Source: Bacteroidales bacterium
GTDB taxonomy: Bacteria > Bacteroidota > Bacteroidia > Bacteroidales > VadinHA17
Direction of reading: 5' to 3'
Length of the DNA stretch: 64,000 bases
Assembly (NCBI GenBank): GCA_040769065.1
Contig: JAXGLU010000001.1
Coordinates: 711,218-775,217, forward strand
Positions 1-9,611 of the stretch are shown piece after piece (positions within the stretch are counted from its first letter, which is position 1; each line of letters begins with the position of its first letter). The notes under the pieces are model-generated. The model searched no databases, was not told the origin of the DNA, and saw only the letters and a program-made list of their open reading frames with translations. The translations under genes were made by a program, and so were the position numbers.

Positions 1-2880
1 GACAGTGATCGTACAAAAGAGTGTGTAAATAAATTATACAAAGTAATCAGCAACAATCCTTTAAATACTCTGTCTCTTTCAGATTCATACTATTATATTG
101 GCCTTTACCACCTTATTTGGGGTGGGTATGCTGATGCCATAAAATGGTTAAAACGATCAATGATATCAAGGGAGATTCTGGGAATAGATGATATGAGATA
201 TGCAAAATGCCTTTATAATCTGGGAGTTGCTTACAATAAGGCAGGTGATTACGGCAATCAGAAATATTTTACTTTGAAATCACTTGAAATAGAAAAAAAA
301 CACGTCGGAGAATCAGACTCCACCCTTCTTACAAGTTATGCAACCATGATCAATGCTCTTATTAGCCTAAAAGATTATAATGAAGCGGTATTATACGGTA
401 ATATGGCAATTAATATCATACAGGATTACAATTTGACTAATTCTGAAGTGGCTGACATCTACACTAATTTGGGTGCTTGTTATTGTGAAATGTCAAATTA
501 TTCAAAGGCTGCAATATTTTTTGAGAAATCAGAATGTTTATATAAAAATGGAGTATTAAAAGAGGATGAAAGGTATTTAAATGTTCTTAATAACTTAGGG
601 ATAATTCATAGTGTTCTTGGCAACGTAAGCAAATCTGAAGAATATTTCAATAAAGGTGTTGATTTGGCTAATTCATTTCATTCACACCTTTCTTTTAACT
701 TTATAAATAGTCGAGCAATATATCTTGCAAATCATGGGAAAATTGACCAAGGTGGAAAACTTTTATTTGAAACACTGAGGTATACAGAAAAAATATATGG
801 AGGTTCCACAGATGAGTATTTAATAGTACTAAAAAATTATGCAGAATACCTTCGAGGATTCTCGGTCGATCTAGAACAAGCATTAATCTATTATAAACGA
901 TGCTATGATTTTTCAAAAATCAATGAATCTAGTATTGACTTAAGAGAACCTATTCTACTTGGATATGCCAATTCCCTAACTGCCAATGGAGAATTTGATA
1001 AGGCTTTGGCAGTACTGCAGGAATTACTTAACGCTGGAACATCCATGAGTACTGGGGGGTTAACAATTGACAATCCGGATATCAATGATCTTATTCCCGA
1101 TTACAGAACTCTTAACATCCTGAAAACAAAACATCTCGCACTCGGGGGATTATATAAAAATACTAATGAGCTTAAGTACTTGCTGGCATCTGCGCAGACT
1201 ATTGAGCTAATAATTGCCATACTCGAAAAAATCAGGCTTAATATCAGTGAAGAAGAAAGCAGACTTATTCTGGGAGACAGATATCGTGACTATTATCTTC
1301 ATGCAATTAAGGATTACGACCGCTGTTTTACAATAACAGGCGATAAGGATTATCTTGACAAAGCTTTCCTGTATTTTGAAAAAAGCAAGGGAGCCGGCCT
1401 GCTTGCTTCAGTCAGGGAGTTGAAAGCTACACAATTGCAGATCCCTCATGAAACAGCACTCCTTGAAAAGAAACTTCAGAATGAAATTAGCCTGTACAAT
1501 GCAGTCATCTCATCAGAAAAAGCAGGTACAAATCCTAATGAATCAATGATCGAAGAGTGGAATGAAAACCTCTTCAGGGCAACACAAAGACGTGACTCCC
1601 TGATATCTGTTTTTGAAGAACGCTTTCCGGAATATTATATGGTAAAATACAATACAGATGTTTTAAATCCCGATGAAATAACGAATGTTGTGGGAAGAAA
1701 TTCAAATTACCTGAACTATATAGTTGCGGATTCCTTCCTGGCAGTATTTGTTGTTAACAGAAAATACAAGAAAATTATTACGTTAGCTATAGATTCTGCT
1801 TTCTTTAATACAATTGAACAATTCAGGAATCTGATAACCCTGCCTTCCATTGACAATAATGCACGGAAGGATTTCAATAATTTCAGGAATTCAGGACACT
1901 ATTTGTATGAAAAACTTATTGCGCCTGTAAAACAATTCCTTGTATCAGATAAACTGATCATATCTCCTGATAATACGTTGTCGAACATCCCGTTTGAAGT
2001 TATCCCTTTACCCGGCAATGAGACAGAGGGTGATATCTTTTACAGAAACCTCCGATATATCATGGACGATTACAGGATTTCCTATGCATATTCAGCAACA
2101 TTGATGGCGGAGACGGGAAATTTCCATTCCGGAATTATCAACAAGACAATTTCTTTTGCTCCGGCATATGATAATAATCTGATAATTGATTCATTGACCA
2201 ATCCATCCAGGAAGGAGATATTGAGAATTAAAGCCCTCCCTTATGCCCGGGAAGAAGCAAGGTTTATATCAGCTATTACGAACGGCATCCTTTATGAAGG
2301 AGCAGATGCTCTTGAATCGGTCTTTAAGAAAAAAGCTGACAAATATGACATTGTCCATCTGGCTATGCATACGTTATTAAACGATCGCTATCCGATGCAT
2401 TCTAAAATGATATTTTCTCCTGAGCCAGACGGTTCAGAAGATGGTTTTCTTAAGACATACGAAATATATGGAATACCATTTAAGGCAAAAATGGTTGTAT
2501 TAAGTTCCTGCAACAGCGGTTCAGGATATTTGCATGAGGGAGAGGGGATTCTTAGCCTTGCAAGGGGATTTGCCTACTCAGGAAGCAAATCCACGGTTTT
2601 GTCAATGTGGGAAATAGAAGACCGTTCCGGTGCCGAAATAATGAAAAAATTCTACTGTTACATAAAAAAGGGATATTCAAAAAGCAACGCTTTGAAAAAA
2701 GCCCGGGTTAGTTTTCTTAAAAATGCAGACCAGTTCAGATCACATCCATATTTCTGGTCAGCTTACGTTATCTATGGGGACAATTCACCTGTTTATCCAC
2801 CATACTGCCTGATCTTGATTATTGCTTCAGCTATTTTGCTTGGCGCTTATTTTATTATCCGTTACTCGTGGCCAAAGTAA
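1..2880 (+). CDS. TPR-repeat / CHAT-domain protein with C-terminal transmembrane anchor (5' end lies outside the window)
   Basis: Frame 1 is open from base 1 with no stop before the first Met at 160, so the gene starts upstream. The N-terminal two thirds is TPR-like (e.g. AKCLYNLGVAYNKAGDY, ADIYTNLGACYCEMSNY). The C-terminal ~300 aa carries the CHAT caspase-like His/Cys context (IVHLAMHT, His codons 2356-2358 and 2368-2370; VVLSSCNSGSG, Cys codon 2509-2511). The last ~25 aa are hydrophobic (CLILIIASAILLGAYFII). Confidence 0.8.
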   Translation, partial: DSDRTKECVNKLYKVISNNPLNTLSLSDSYYYIGLYHLIWGGYADAIKWLKRSMISREILGIDDMRYAKCLYNLGVAYNKAGDYGNQKYFTLKSLEIEKKHVGESDSTLLTSYATMINALISLKDYNEAVLYGNMAINIIQDYNLTNSEVADIYTNLGACYCEMSNYSKAAIFFEKSECLYKNGVLKEDERYLNVLNNLGIIHSVLGNVSKSEEYFNKGVDLANSFHSHLSFNFINSRAIYLANHGKIDQGGKLLFETLRYTEKIYGGSTDEYLIVLKNYAEYLRGFSVDLEQALIYYKRCYDFSKINESSIDLREPILLGYANSLTANGEFDKALAVLQELLNAGTSMSTGGLTIDNPDINDLIPDYRTLNILKTKHLALGGLYKNTNELKYLLASAQTIELIIAILEKIRLNISEEESRLILGDRYRDYYLHAIKDYDRCFTITGDKDYLDKAFLYFEKSKGAGLLASVRELKATQLQIPHETALLEKKLQNEISLYNAVISSEKAGTNPNESMIEEWNENLFRATQRRDSLISVFEERFPEYYMVKYNTDVLNPDEITNVVGRNSNYLNYIVADSFLAVFVVNRKYKKIITLAIDSAFFNTIEQFRNLITLPSIDNNARKDFNNFRNSGHYLYEKLIAPVKQFLVSDKLIISPDNTLSNIPFEVIPLPGNETEGDIFYRNLRYIMDDYRISYAYSATLMAETGNFHSGIINKTISFAPAYDNNLIIDSLTNPSRKEILRIKALPYAREEARFISAITNGILYEGADALESVFKKKADKYDIVHLAMHTLLNDRYPMHSKMIFSPEPDGSEDGFLKTYEIYGIPFKAKMVVLSSCNSGSGYLHEGEGILSLARGFAYSGSKSTVLSMWEIEDRSGAEIMKKFYCYIKKGYSKSNALKKARVSFLKNADQFRSHPYFWSAYVIYGDNSPVYPPYCLILIIASAILLGAYFIIRYSWPK

Positions 2881-3413
2881 TACTTGTATTCAGGATCTTT
2901 TTTGATCAGGGTAATTAGAGCTTCCTTACTAAGATATTTCTTTCTCCTTGCATATATTTCATTTTTTAAACCCATCGAGGAGGCTATCTCGCTGTATGTC
3001 AGTCCTTCCGAATAAAGTTTTAGTATGGTCTGGGCATCAGACTTCAGCTTTCCAAAGGCTCTTGCAACTATTCTTTCCATCAGCTGGTCTTCAAACTCAT
3101 CTGCCGATGGTTCTTCTGCAATGTCATATTCAATGTAGGATGTTCTGTACTTATACCTCAACAGCCCTTTCCAAACATTCTTTGCAATGCCGAAAAAGAA
3201 TCCCTTCAAATCAACAGAGAGGGTCAGTTTATCATCCATAATTCGACGGTAAAGCACTATAATTGATTCCTGAAATACATCAGAAACATCAACCTCAGAC
3301 CCGCTATTCTGGAAAACATGATGTCTGACAACCTGCAGATAGTTGTTATACAGCCAGTTAATAGTTTTGTCATCCTGGTTGCGGATACCTTCAATTATTT
3401 CCTCGTCCGACAT
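2862..3413 (-). CDS. RNA polymerase sigma-70 family (ECF-like) sigma factor
   Basis: 183 aa. Region-2-like segment (DVFQESIIVLYRRI) and a C-terminal region-4 helix-turn-helix (LTYSEIASSMGLKNEIYARRKKY). Size is typical of ECF-type sigma factors. Confidence 0.8.
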   Translation of the reverse strand: MSDEEIIEGIRNQDDKTINWLYNNYLQVVRHHVFQNSGSEVDVSDVFQESIIVLYRRIMDDKLTLSVDLKGFFFGIAKNVWKGLLRYKYRTSYIEYDIAEEPSADEFEDQLMERIVARAFGKLKSDAQTILKLYSEGLTYSEIASSMGLKNEIYARRKKYLSKEALITLIKKDPEYKYYFGHE

Positions 3414-3438
3414 AGTATGGGAAGAGCTCTTCTAAGGC

Positions 3439-3459
3439 ATTTGTTATCCAATAACAAAT
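3439..3459. promoter_or_regulatory. Perfect 9-nt inverted repeat ATTTGTTAT-cca-ATAACAAAT in the divergent sigma / ABC-exporter intergenic region
   Basis: Read directly from the sequence. It overlaps the candidate -7 box of the sigma-factor gene, which is an operator-like position. Confidence 0.3.
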
Positions 3460-3462
3460 ATA
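3455..3462 (-). promoter_or_regulatory. Candidate Bacteroidota sigma-A -7 box (TATATTTG) for the sigma-factor gene
   Basis: The minus strand reads TATATTTG, matching the TAnnTTTG consensus, about 40 nt upstream of the ATG at 3413. Confidence 0.35.
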
Positions 3463-3572
3463 TTATTCATTATTAATACTTCTGCTATTTTCTACTTATG
3501 CCTTATAATTTTAAATTTATTCAGCTGTTTTTGCCAGCAAATTACTATTTTAGATCTTAAACTAAAACTCTG

Positions 3573-5759
3573 ATGTCATTTCCCTTTTTCAGACAACCTG
3601 ATGCCATGGATTGCGGTCCAGCCTGTCTGAAAATGGTAGCAGATTTTTACAAGAAGGATTTTTCAATCGCTTATTTAAGGAGCAAATGTTTCATCACCAG
3701 AGAAGGTGTCTCATTCCTGGGTCTTTCTGAAGCTGCAGATTTGATAGGTTTCAGAACCATGGGAGTGAAAATTTCTTTTGAAATGCTAAAGGACAATGTG
3801 CCTCTTCCATGTATCGTTCACTGGAATCAAAAGCACTTTGTTGTTGTTTATAGAATTCACAAGGACAAAATTTTAGTCGCCGATCCCGCATCAGGAATTG
3901 CGACGATGAGCCGTGATGATTTCATAACAGGATGGGCAACAACTCTAACAGATGGCAAAAGAACCGGATTGGCTTTAATCATTGAGCCAACTACTGCTCT
4001 GTATGAAACTGAAAACATCAAGGAAAAATCAGGAGGATTCAGATTCCTGTTAAGGTATTTCAGATTTTATAAAAAGTATTCAGCACAGATTTTACTGGGA
4101 CTTATACTTGGCAGTGTAATTCAGCTTATTATACCTTTTCTGACTCAATCTGTTATAGACGTTGGGATTAATAACAATGATTTAGGGTTTATATATCTTA
4201 TTCTTTTTGCACAACTGGCACTGGTAATCGGAAGAATGTCGGTTGAATTTATAAGAGGTTGGCTGCTTCTTTATATCGGATCAAAAGTAAATGTTGCAGT
4301 GATTTCCGGGTTTCTGCAGAAGATTATGTCACTACCCGTTTCGTTTTTTGAAACAAAACTTGCGGGTGATATTTTGCAGAGGATAGACGACAACAACAGG
4401 ATTGAGGAATTCCTGACTTCAACGACACTCAGTATTCTGTTTTCATTCGTTAACCTTTTCATATTCGGAATTGTTCTTGCCATTTACAGTATGAAGTTAT
4501 TCTGCCTGTTTATTGCAGGATCGGCTTTATATATCACGTGGGTAGTCTTCTTTGTAAAACCAAGGGCAAATCTTGATCTCCAGCGATTTAAAGAGATGTC
4601 AGCATCTAATTCAAAACTTCTGAATATAATAAACGGTATTCAGGAGATTAAGCTTACTCAAAGTGAATTGAGCAAACGCTGGGAGTGGGAGGGACATCAG
4701 GGAAGACTCTTCGGTTTAAAGCTGAAAAGCATGGGATTGCTTCAGCATCAGACCGCAGGCGCAACCGTTATAAATGAGATCACAAACATACTGATAACAA
4801 TTATAGCTGCCACATCAGTGATTAAAGGAGAAATGACACTGGGGATGATGCTGGCTGTACAATTCATTATCGGGCAGCTTAATCTGCCATTGAATCAGGT
4901 AATTGGATTCCTCAGAATTTCTCAGGATGCAAAACTTAGCCTCGATCGTCTGGCGGAAGTTCATGATATGCAGCCGGAAGAGCCGGGTGATACTCAAAAA
5001 CTGACGATATTGCCAGCACACAGGGATATAAATCTGAAAAACCTGAGTTACCAGTATGAAGGACCAAGATCAGCATATGCTCTTAAGGATGTTAACCTTC
5101 TGATCGAAGAAAATAAAACAACTTCAATAGTTGGACCAAGCGGAAGTGGAAAAACGACCTTGCTGAAACTAATTCTTGGACTTTATCAGCCAGTAAACGG
5201 AGAAATAACTATTGGGGATACGCTTCTTTCTTCTTTAAGTATAAAAACATGGCGTGAAAATGTTGGTGCGATAATGCAGGACGGTTTCATTTTCCCTGAT
5301 ACTATAGCAGGTAATATTGCTCCCGGAATGGAAAAAATTGATATTGAGACAATGTTAAACGCTGTTGCGGCTGCTCAGCTCAGACAATTCATAGAATCAC
5401 TTCCTCTTGGGTATAATACAAAGATCGGTACAAACGGACATGGTTTAAGCGAAGGACAAAAACAACGAATTCTGCTAGCACGGGTTATTTACAAAAATCC
5501 GTCAATAGTGATATTCGATGAAGCAACCAATTCACTCGATGCCATGACAGAGAAAAGAATTATGGATAATCTGGCAAACTTTTTTAAAGGCAAAACTGTG
5601 GTAATAGTTGCACACCGGCTCAGCACAATCCGCAATGCTGACAAAATAGTAGTTCTTGACAAAGGCATGGTTGTGGAGACGGGTAATCATACAAGCCTGA
5701 TGGAAGCATGCGGAACTTATTACAATATTGTATCAAATCAGATTGAGTCAAATGTTTGA
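3573..5759 (+). CDS. Peptidase-C39-domain ABC transporter (double-glycine leader peptide processing and export ATPase/permease)
   Basis: The N-terminal C39 domain has the catalytic Cys context QPDAMDCGPACL (Cys codon 3612-3614) and a downstream HFVVVY / ADPA. A six-helix ABC membrane domain follows. Walker A GPSGSGKTT, signature LSEGQKQR, Walker B IVIFDEATNSLD. Confidence 0.9.
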   Translation: MSFPFFRQPDAMDCGPACLKMVADFYKKDFSIAYLRSKCFITREGVSFLGLSEAADLIGFRTMGVKISFEMLKDNVPLPCIVHWNQKHFVVVYRIHKDKILVADPASGIATMSRDDFITGWATTLTDGKRTGLALIIEPTTALYETENIKEKSGGFRFLLRYFRFYKKYSAQILLGLILGSVIQLIIPFLTQSVIDVGINNNDLGFIYLILFAQLALVIGRMSVEFIRGWLLLYIGSKVNVAVISGFLQKIMSLPVSFFETKLAGDILQRIDDNNRIEEFLTSTTLSILFSFVNLFIFGIVLAIYSMKLFCLFIAGSALYITWVVFFVKPRANLDLQRFKEMSASNSKLLNIINGIQEIKLTQSELSKRWEWEGHQGRLFGLKLKSMGLLQHQTAGATVINEITNILITIIAATSVIKGEMTLGMMLAVQFIIGQLNLPLNQVIGFLRISQDAKLSLDRLAEVHDMQPEEPGDTQKLTILPAHRDINLKNLSYQYEGPRSAYALKDVNLLIEENKTTSIVGPSGSGKTTLLKLILGLYQPVNGEITIGDTLLSSLSIKTWRENVGAIMQDGFIFPDTIAGNIAPGMEKIDIETMLNAVAAAQLRQFIESLPLGYNTKIGTNGHGLSEGQKQRILLARVIYKNPSIVIFDEATNSLDAMTEKRIMDNLANFFKGKTVVIVAHRLSTIRNADKIVVLDKGMVVETGNHTSLMEACGTYYNIVSNQIESNV

Positions 5760-5861
5760 TTCATGACACCCATATCTTCCTTTTAGAAGAACAATAAGTA
5801 AAAGTTAATAGTGAAAGAAATAAGAGAAAATTAAACGTCAACAAAACAGGAATTTTCACAA

Positions 5862-7160
5862 ATGGGATCTGACCTGAAATATGAAGTGCTTCATTCAGAC
5901 CAAGTAAAAAGAATTATAAACCTTCCTCCTCCGAAATTATTGAGATGGGGCACAACGATTCTTGCAGCAATATTCGTATTTATGCTGGTTTTTGCCTCTA
6001 TTATCAGGTATCCTGATGTTGTACCTTCGCCAGTCGAAATAACAACCGAAAATCCGCCTGTAAGCCTGGAATCAAGAATCTCCGGACGGATTAGTGAAAT
6101 ATATGTGCAGGATAAAGATACTGTAACAGCGAAACAGGTAATTGCAGCTATGGAATCAGCAGCTTCTGTCAGTGAGATCAGAGAACTCGGACATGAAATT
6201 GACGTTATTTCACAAACTGAAGATATTACTTTAAAAAACCTGTCTTCTTTTACCCGTCTGGGTGAGATTCAGGAATTTTACAGCTCATTTGTTAAAAGCC
6301 TTTCAGATTATAATAATTATGTGACACACGATTATTACGGGGCTAAGATCAATTCAGTAACCCGGGAGATCAATGAGATGATAGCATATTTAGACAAGCT
6401 GGAGGCCAAGGAAAAGCTCTACGCAGAAAATCAATCACTTGAAGCAAAAAAGTTCAAAAGGGATTCTGTGCTGTTTGCGAGCGGCGTACTTTCGGAAAGC
6501 GAATATGAACGATCTCATCAATCATACCTGAAAGCAAGGATAGATCACAAGCAGGTACAGATAGACCAATCACAGAAATCGATAGAGCTGGCTGAAAGGA
6601 ATCAAATTCTTCAGGATTATAGGATTAAACGTGTTGAAGAAAGTGAAAAGTATCGGTCCAGCCTTAATAATGAACTGTTGAACCTTAAGGCGCAAATAGA
6701 AATATGGGAGAACAAGTTCCTGCTGATCTCTCCGGTTAGCGGTACTGTAAGCTTTACAAGGTACTGGAGTGCCAATCAGTTTGTAAATGAAAATGAGCCA
6801 GTTATTAACATAATACCTCACCAAGCAGGCAATTATATTGGGAGGATAAAACTAAAAATGAACAGATCAGGCAAAGTAAAGACTGGGCAGGCTGTAAACA
6901 TAAAACTGAGCGGGTATCCTTATCTTGAATATGGAATGGTTAGAGGTGTGATAAAAGCTAAATCACTTGTCCCTGAAAATGATACTTATATTATTGAAGT
7001 TGCTTTCCCCTCGGGACTGGTAACTATGTATGGGAACAAGCTGGAATTCAATCAAAATATGCAAGGTATAGCAGAGATAATAACTTCAGATATGAGTCTG
7101 ATTCAGAAGATCTTTAATCCTATCCACCATCTTATAACCAAGACCAGGAATAAACAATAA
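5862..7160 (+). CDS. HlyD-family secretion (membrane fusion) protein
   Basis: 432 aa with one N-terminal TM helix (WGTTILAAIFVFMLVFASII), a long coiled-coil middle and a beta-barrel-like C-terminus. It sits immediately downstream of the C39 ABC exporter, the classical pairing. Confidence 0.8.
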   Translation: MGSDLKYEVLHSDQVKRIINLPPPKLLRWGTTILAAIFVFMLVFASIIRYPDVVPSPVEITTENPPVSLESRISGRISEIYVQDKDTVTAKQVIAAMESAASVSEIRELGHEIDVISQTEDITLKNLSSFTRLGEIQEFYSSFVKSLSDYNNYVTHDYYGAKINSVTREINEMIAYLDKLEAKEKLYAENQSLEAKKFKRDSVLFASGVLSESEYERSHQSYLKARIDHKQVQIDQSQKSIELAERNQILQDYRIKRVEESEKYRSSLNNELLNLKAQIEIWENKFLLISPVSGTVSFTRYWSANQFVNENEPVINIIPHQAGNYIGRIKLKMNRSGKVKTGQAVNIKLSGYPYLEYGMVRGVIKAKSLVPENDTYIIEVAFPSGLVTMYGNKLEFNQNMQGIAEIITSDMSLIQKIFNPIHHLITKTRNKQ

Positions 7161-7457
7161 GATAACCAGACAGATTATTCCTGTTGTGGCTGGAAATGAA
7201 TATGTTACTCTGTTTTTTAAAAGTGTTTAAAAACAGTTTCTTTATTGAAACCTCATTAGGAAAAAACAACGCGAACTATGTCAGCTGTGGTCATTTCTAT
7301 TACTGATTAGCAGAGGTAAATATGGTTAGCATCTGATTATCATATTAATTATTGTAATTCCTTGAGATTTCATAAATAATTCAATATTTTCGTACTCTGA
7401 AATTTCCACGGCATGCCGTGATGATGTTGTATTGCAAAGAATCTGAAAAATAAAGGA

Positions 7458-9578
7458 TTGACCATGAATATTGAAGATTCGGATGACTTTGTTCGTGATG
7501 AACAAAACGGGGCTGAAAAAGATGCTGCCGGTGCTGAAACTACTCTGCCAGATGAAGGTACAAATGATTTAGTTGCTTCTTCCGCTGAAGACAAGACCGA
7601 AACAGAGGCTACACCTGCTGAAGACAAGACCGAAGCAGAAGTTATACCTGATGAAGACAAGACCGAAACAGAAGTTATACCTGCTGAAGACATAGCTGCA
7701 GCAGAAGCTCCTTCTGATGATAATTCGGAGGCAGTGACTCCTGGTGATGAAGAAATGAATGCTGGAAAAATGCAGAATCAAGAAAAAATTGATGATGCTC
7801 AGCCTGATGAAGAAGGTGATTTTCCGGAAACGGAGGACATGGAATTACCTCCGGTTGATTATTCAGGGTTTTCAAAACAGGAGCTTGTTGATACGCTTGC
7901 ACTTTTGATTGAAAACCGGCCTCCTTCAGAAATTAAGAATGATGTTGAAAGAATCAGGTCATTCTTCCTCAAAAAGATAAAACTGGAGGCTGAAGATAGG
8001 AAGACTAAATATCTTGAAGGGGGAGGGAAAATCGAAGATTATAAGATCTGGGTCGATCCTCTTGAGTACAGGGTAAAAGAACTGCTCGGAAAATACCGTG
8101 AGAAGAAAAGTGATTTCAGCCGTGTTCAGGAAGCTGAAAAATATGAAAACCTGAAAAGAAAATATGATATAATAGACAGGATAAAAGACCTTGTTAATCG
8201 GGAAGAATCAATCAACAAGACCTTTCATGATTTCCGGACTCTCCAGAATGAGTGGCACACAATTGGCGTTGTGCCACAATCAGCACTAAAAGACTTGTGG
8301 GAGAATTATCATCACAGTGTGGAGGTTTTTTATGGTTACATAAAAATCAACAAAGAACTCAGGGATCTCGACCTTAAGAAAAACCTTGAAACAAAGATTT
8401 CCCTCTGTGAAAAAGCAGAGGAGCTTATGCTTGAGCCCAACCCTGTAAATGCATTCAGGACATTGCAGGATTATCATAACCAATGGCGGGAAGTAGGGCC
8501 GGTGCCGCAGGAATCTAAAAATGAGATTTGGGAAAGATTCAAGGAAGCAACATCTCAGATAAATAAAAGACATCACGAATATTTCGAGAAACAAAAAGAA
8601 GACCAACGGAAAAACCTTGAAGCTAAAATTGCATTGTGTGAAGAAGTTGAAGCAATTAATCTTCAGGAAATAAATAATTTCAAAGAGTTTGATGAAAAAG
8701 CTGAGAAGATAGTAGCTCTCCAGAAGATGTGGAGGACAATCGGATTTGCACCAAAGAAACAGAATAATAAAGTATATCAGAGATTCAGGGAAGCCTGTGA
8801 TGTTTTTTTTGAGAAAAAGAGAAGTTTCTATTCTGATAACAAAGAATTACAACTTAATAACCTTCAGCTTAAGACCGAACTTTGCATTCAGGCCGAGGCA
8901 TTGCAGGATAGTACTGACTGGAAAGCTACGTCAGATGCACTGATCAGGCTTCAGAAAGAATGGAAGGATATAGGGCCTGTTCCCAGAAAACAATCAGAAA
9001 AAATCTGGAAGCGGTTCCGTAGAGCCTGTGATCATTTCTTTAACAGGAAATCAGAATATTTTGCAAGTCTTGACAACTCTTATGAGGATAATTATAAAGC
9101 CAAAATGGCTCTTATTGAGGAGCTTGAAAAATTCGAAGCAGGAACCGATGTGCAAAGTGCATTTGAGCGCCTTAAAGAACTTCAAAGAAAATGGACAGAA
9201 ATAGGCTTTGTGCCTTTTAATAAAAAGGATGAAATTACCAGACGCTATCGGAACGCACTCAACAGGGAGTTTGACAAGCTAAAGATAGGCGATGAGGATA
9301 AAAGTATTCTCAAATATAAAACCAAGCTCGATGGTCTTAAGACCAATCCAAAAGCATCCCGGAAAATAAGAAATGAAAGGGATAAATTCTTTGTAAAGAT
9401 AAAACAGCTCGAAAATGATATAGTCCTGTGGGAAAACAACATAGGATTCTTTGCTAAATCCGCTAATGCTGATCATATGATCAGGGAAGTAGAAGAGAAA
9501 ATTGAGAATGCAAAGAAAATGATCAAAACACTGGAAGAAAAAGTCAGAATGATAGATCAGTCAGGGCTAGACGAATAG
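7458..9578 (+). CDS. DUF349 domain-containing protein with acidic repeat N-terminus
   Basis: At least five copies of the DUF349 signature (EWHTIGVVPQ..LWENY, QWREVGPVPQ..IWERFKEA, MWRTIGFAPK..VYQRFREACDVFF, EWKDIGPVPR..IWKRFRRACDHFF, KWTEIGFVPF..ITRRYRNAL). Confidence 0.8.
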   Translation: MTMNIEDSDDFVRDEQNGAEKDAAGAETTLPDEGTNDLVASSAEDKTETEATPAEDKTEAEVIPDEDKTETEVIPAEDIAAAEAPSDDNSEAVTPGDEEMNAGKMQNQEKIDDAQPDEEGDFPETEDMELPPVDYSGFSKQELVDTLALLIENRPPSEIKNDVERIRSFFLKKIKLEAEDRKTKYLEGGGKIEDYKIWVDPLEYRVKELLGKYREKKSDFSRVQEAEKYENLKRKYDIIDRIKDLVNREESINKTFHDFRTLQNEWHTIGVVPQSALKDLWENYHHSVEVFYGYIKINKELRDLDLKKNLETKISLCEKAEELMLEPNPVNAFRTLQDYHNQWREVGPVPQESKNEIWERFKEATSQINKRHHEYFEKQKEDQRKNLEAKIALCEEVEAINLQEINNFKEFDEKAEKIVALQKMWRTIGFAPKKQNNKVYQRFREACDVFFEKKRSFYSDNKELQLNNLQLKTELCIQAEALQDSTDWKATSDALIRLQKEWKDIGPVPRKQSEKIWKRFRRACDHFFNRKSEYFASLDNSYEDNYKAKMALIEELEKFEAGTDVQSAFERLKELQRKWTEIGFVPFNKKDEITRRYRNALNREFDKLKIGDEDKSILKYKTKLDGLKTNPKASRKIRNERDKFFVKIKQLENDIVLWENNIGFFAKSANADHMIREVEEKIENAKKMIKTLEEKVRMIDQSGLDE
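7584..7691 (+). repeat. In-frame 33-nt tandem repeat, about 3.3 copies (AEDKTETEATP / AEDKTEAEVIP / DEDKTETEVIP / AED)
   Basis: Units at 7584-7616, 7617-7649 and 7650-7682, with a partial unit at 7683-7691. They differ by only a few substitutions. Read directly from the sequence. Confidence 0.85.
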
Positions 9579-9611
9579 ATAATTGATCAGTCACAGTTAA
9601 ACTTTCAGAAA

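Noticed and set aside
7210-7236. Hairpin CTGTTTTT-taaaagtgttt-AAAAACAG followed by TTTCTTTATT after the HlyD gene, considered as a possible terminator.
   Set aside because: The stem is almost entirely A-U and probably too weak. It is not listed as a feature.
7370-7693. 107-aa minus-strand ORF rich in Ser/Ala/Gly repeats (SSAGITSVSVLSS...), plus ORFs at 7569-7781 and 7675-7902.
   Set aside because: They are antisense shadows of the acidic 33-nt tandem repeat and the low-complexity region inside the DUF349 gene. They have no independent start context.
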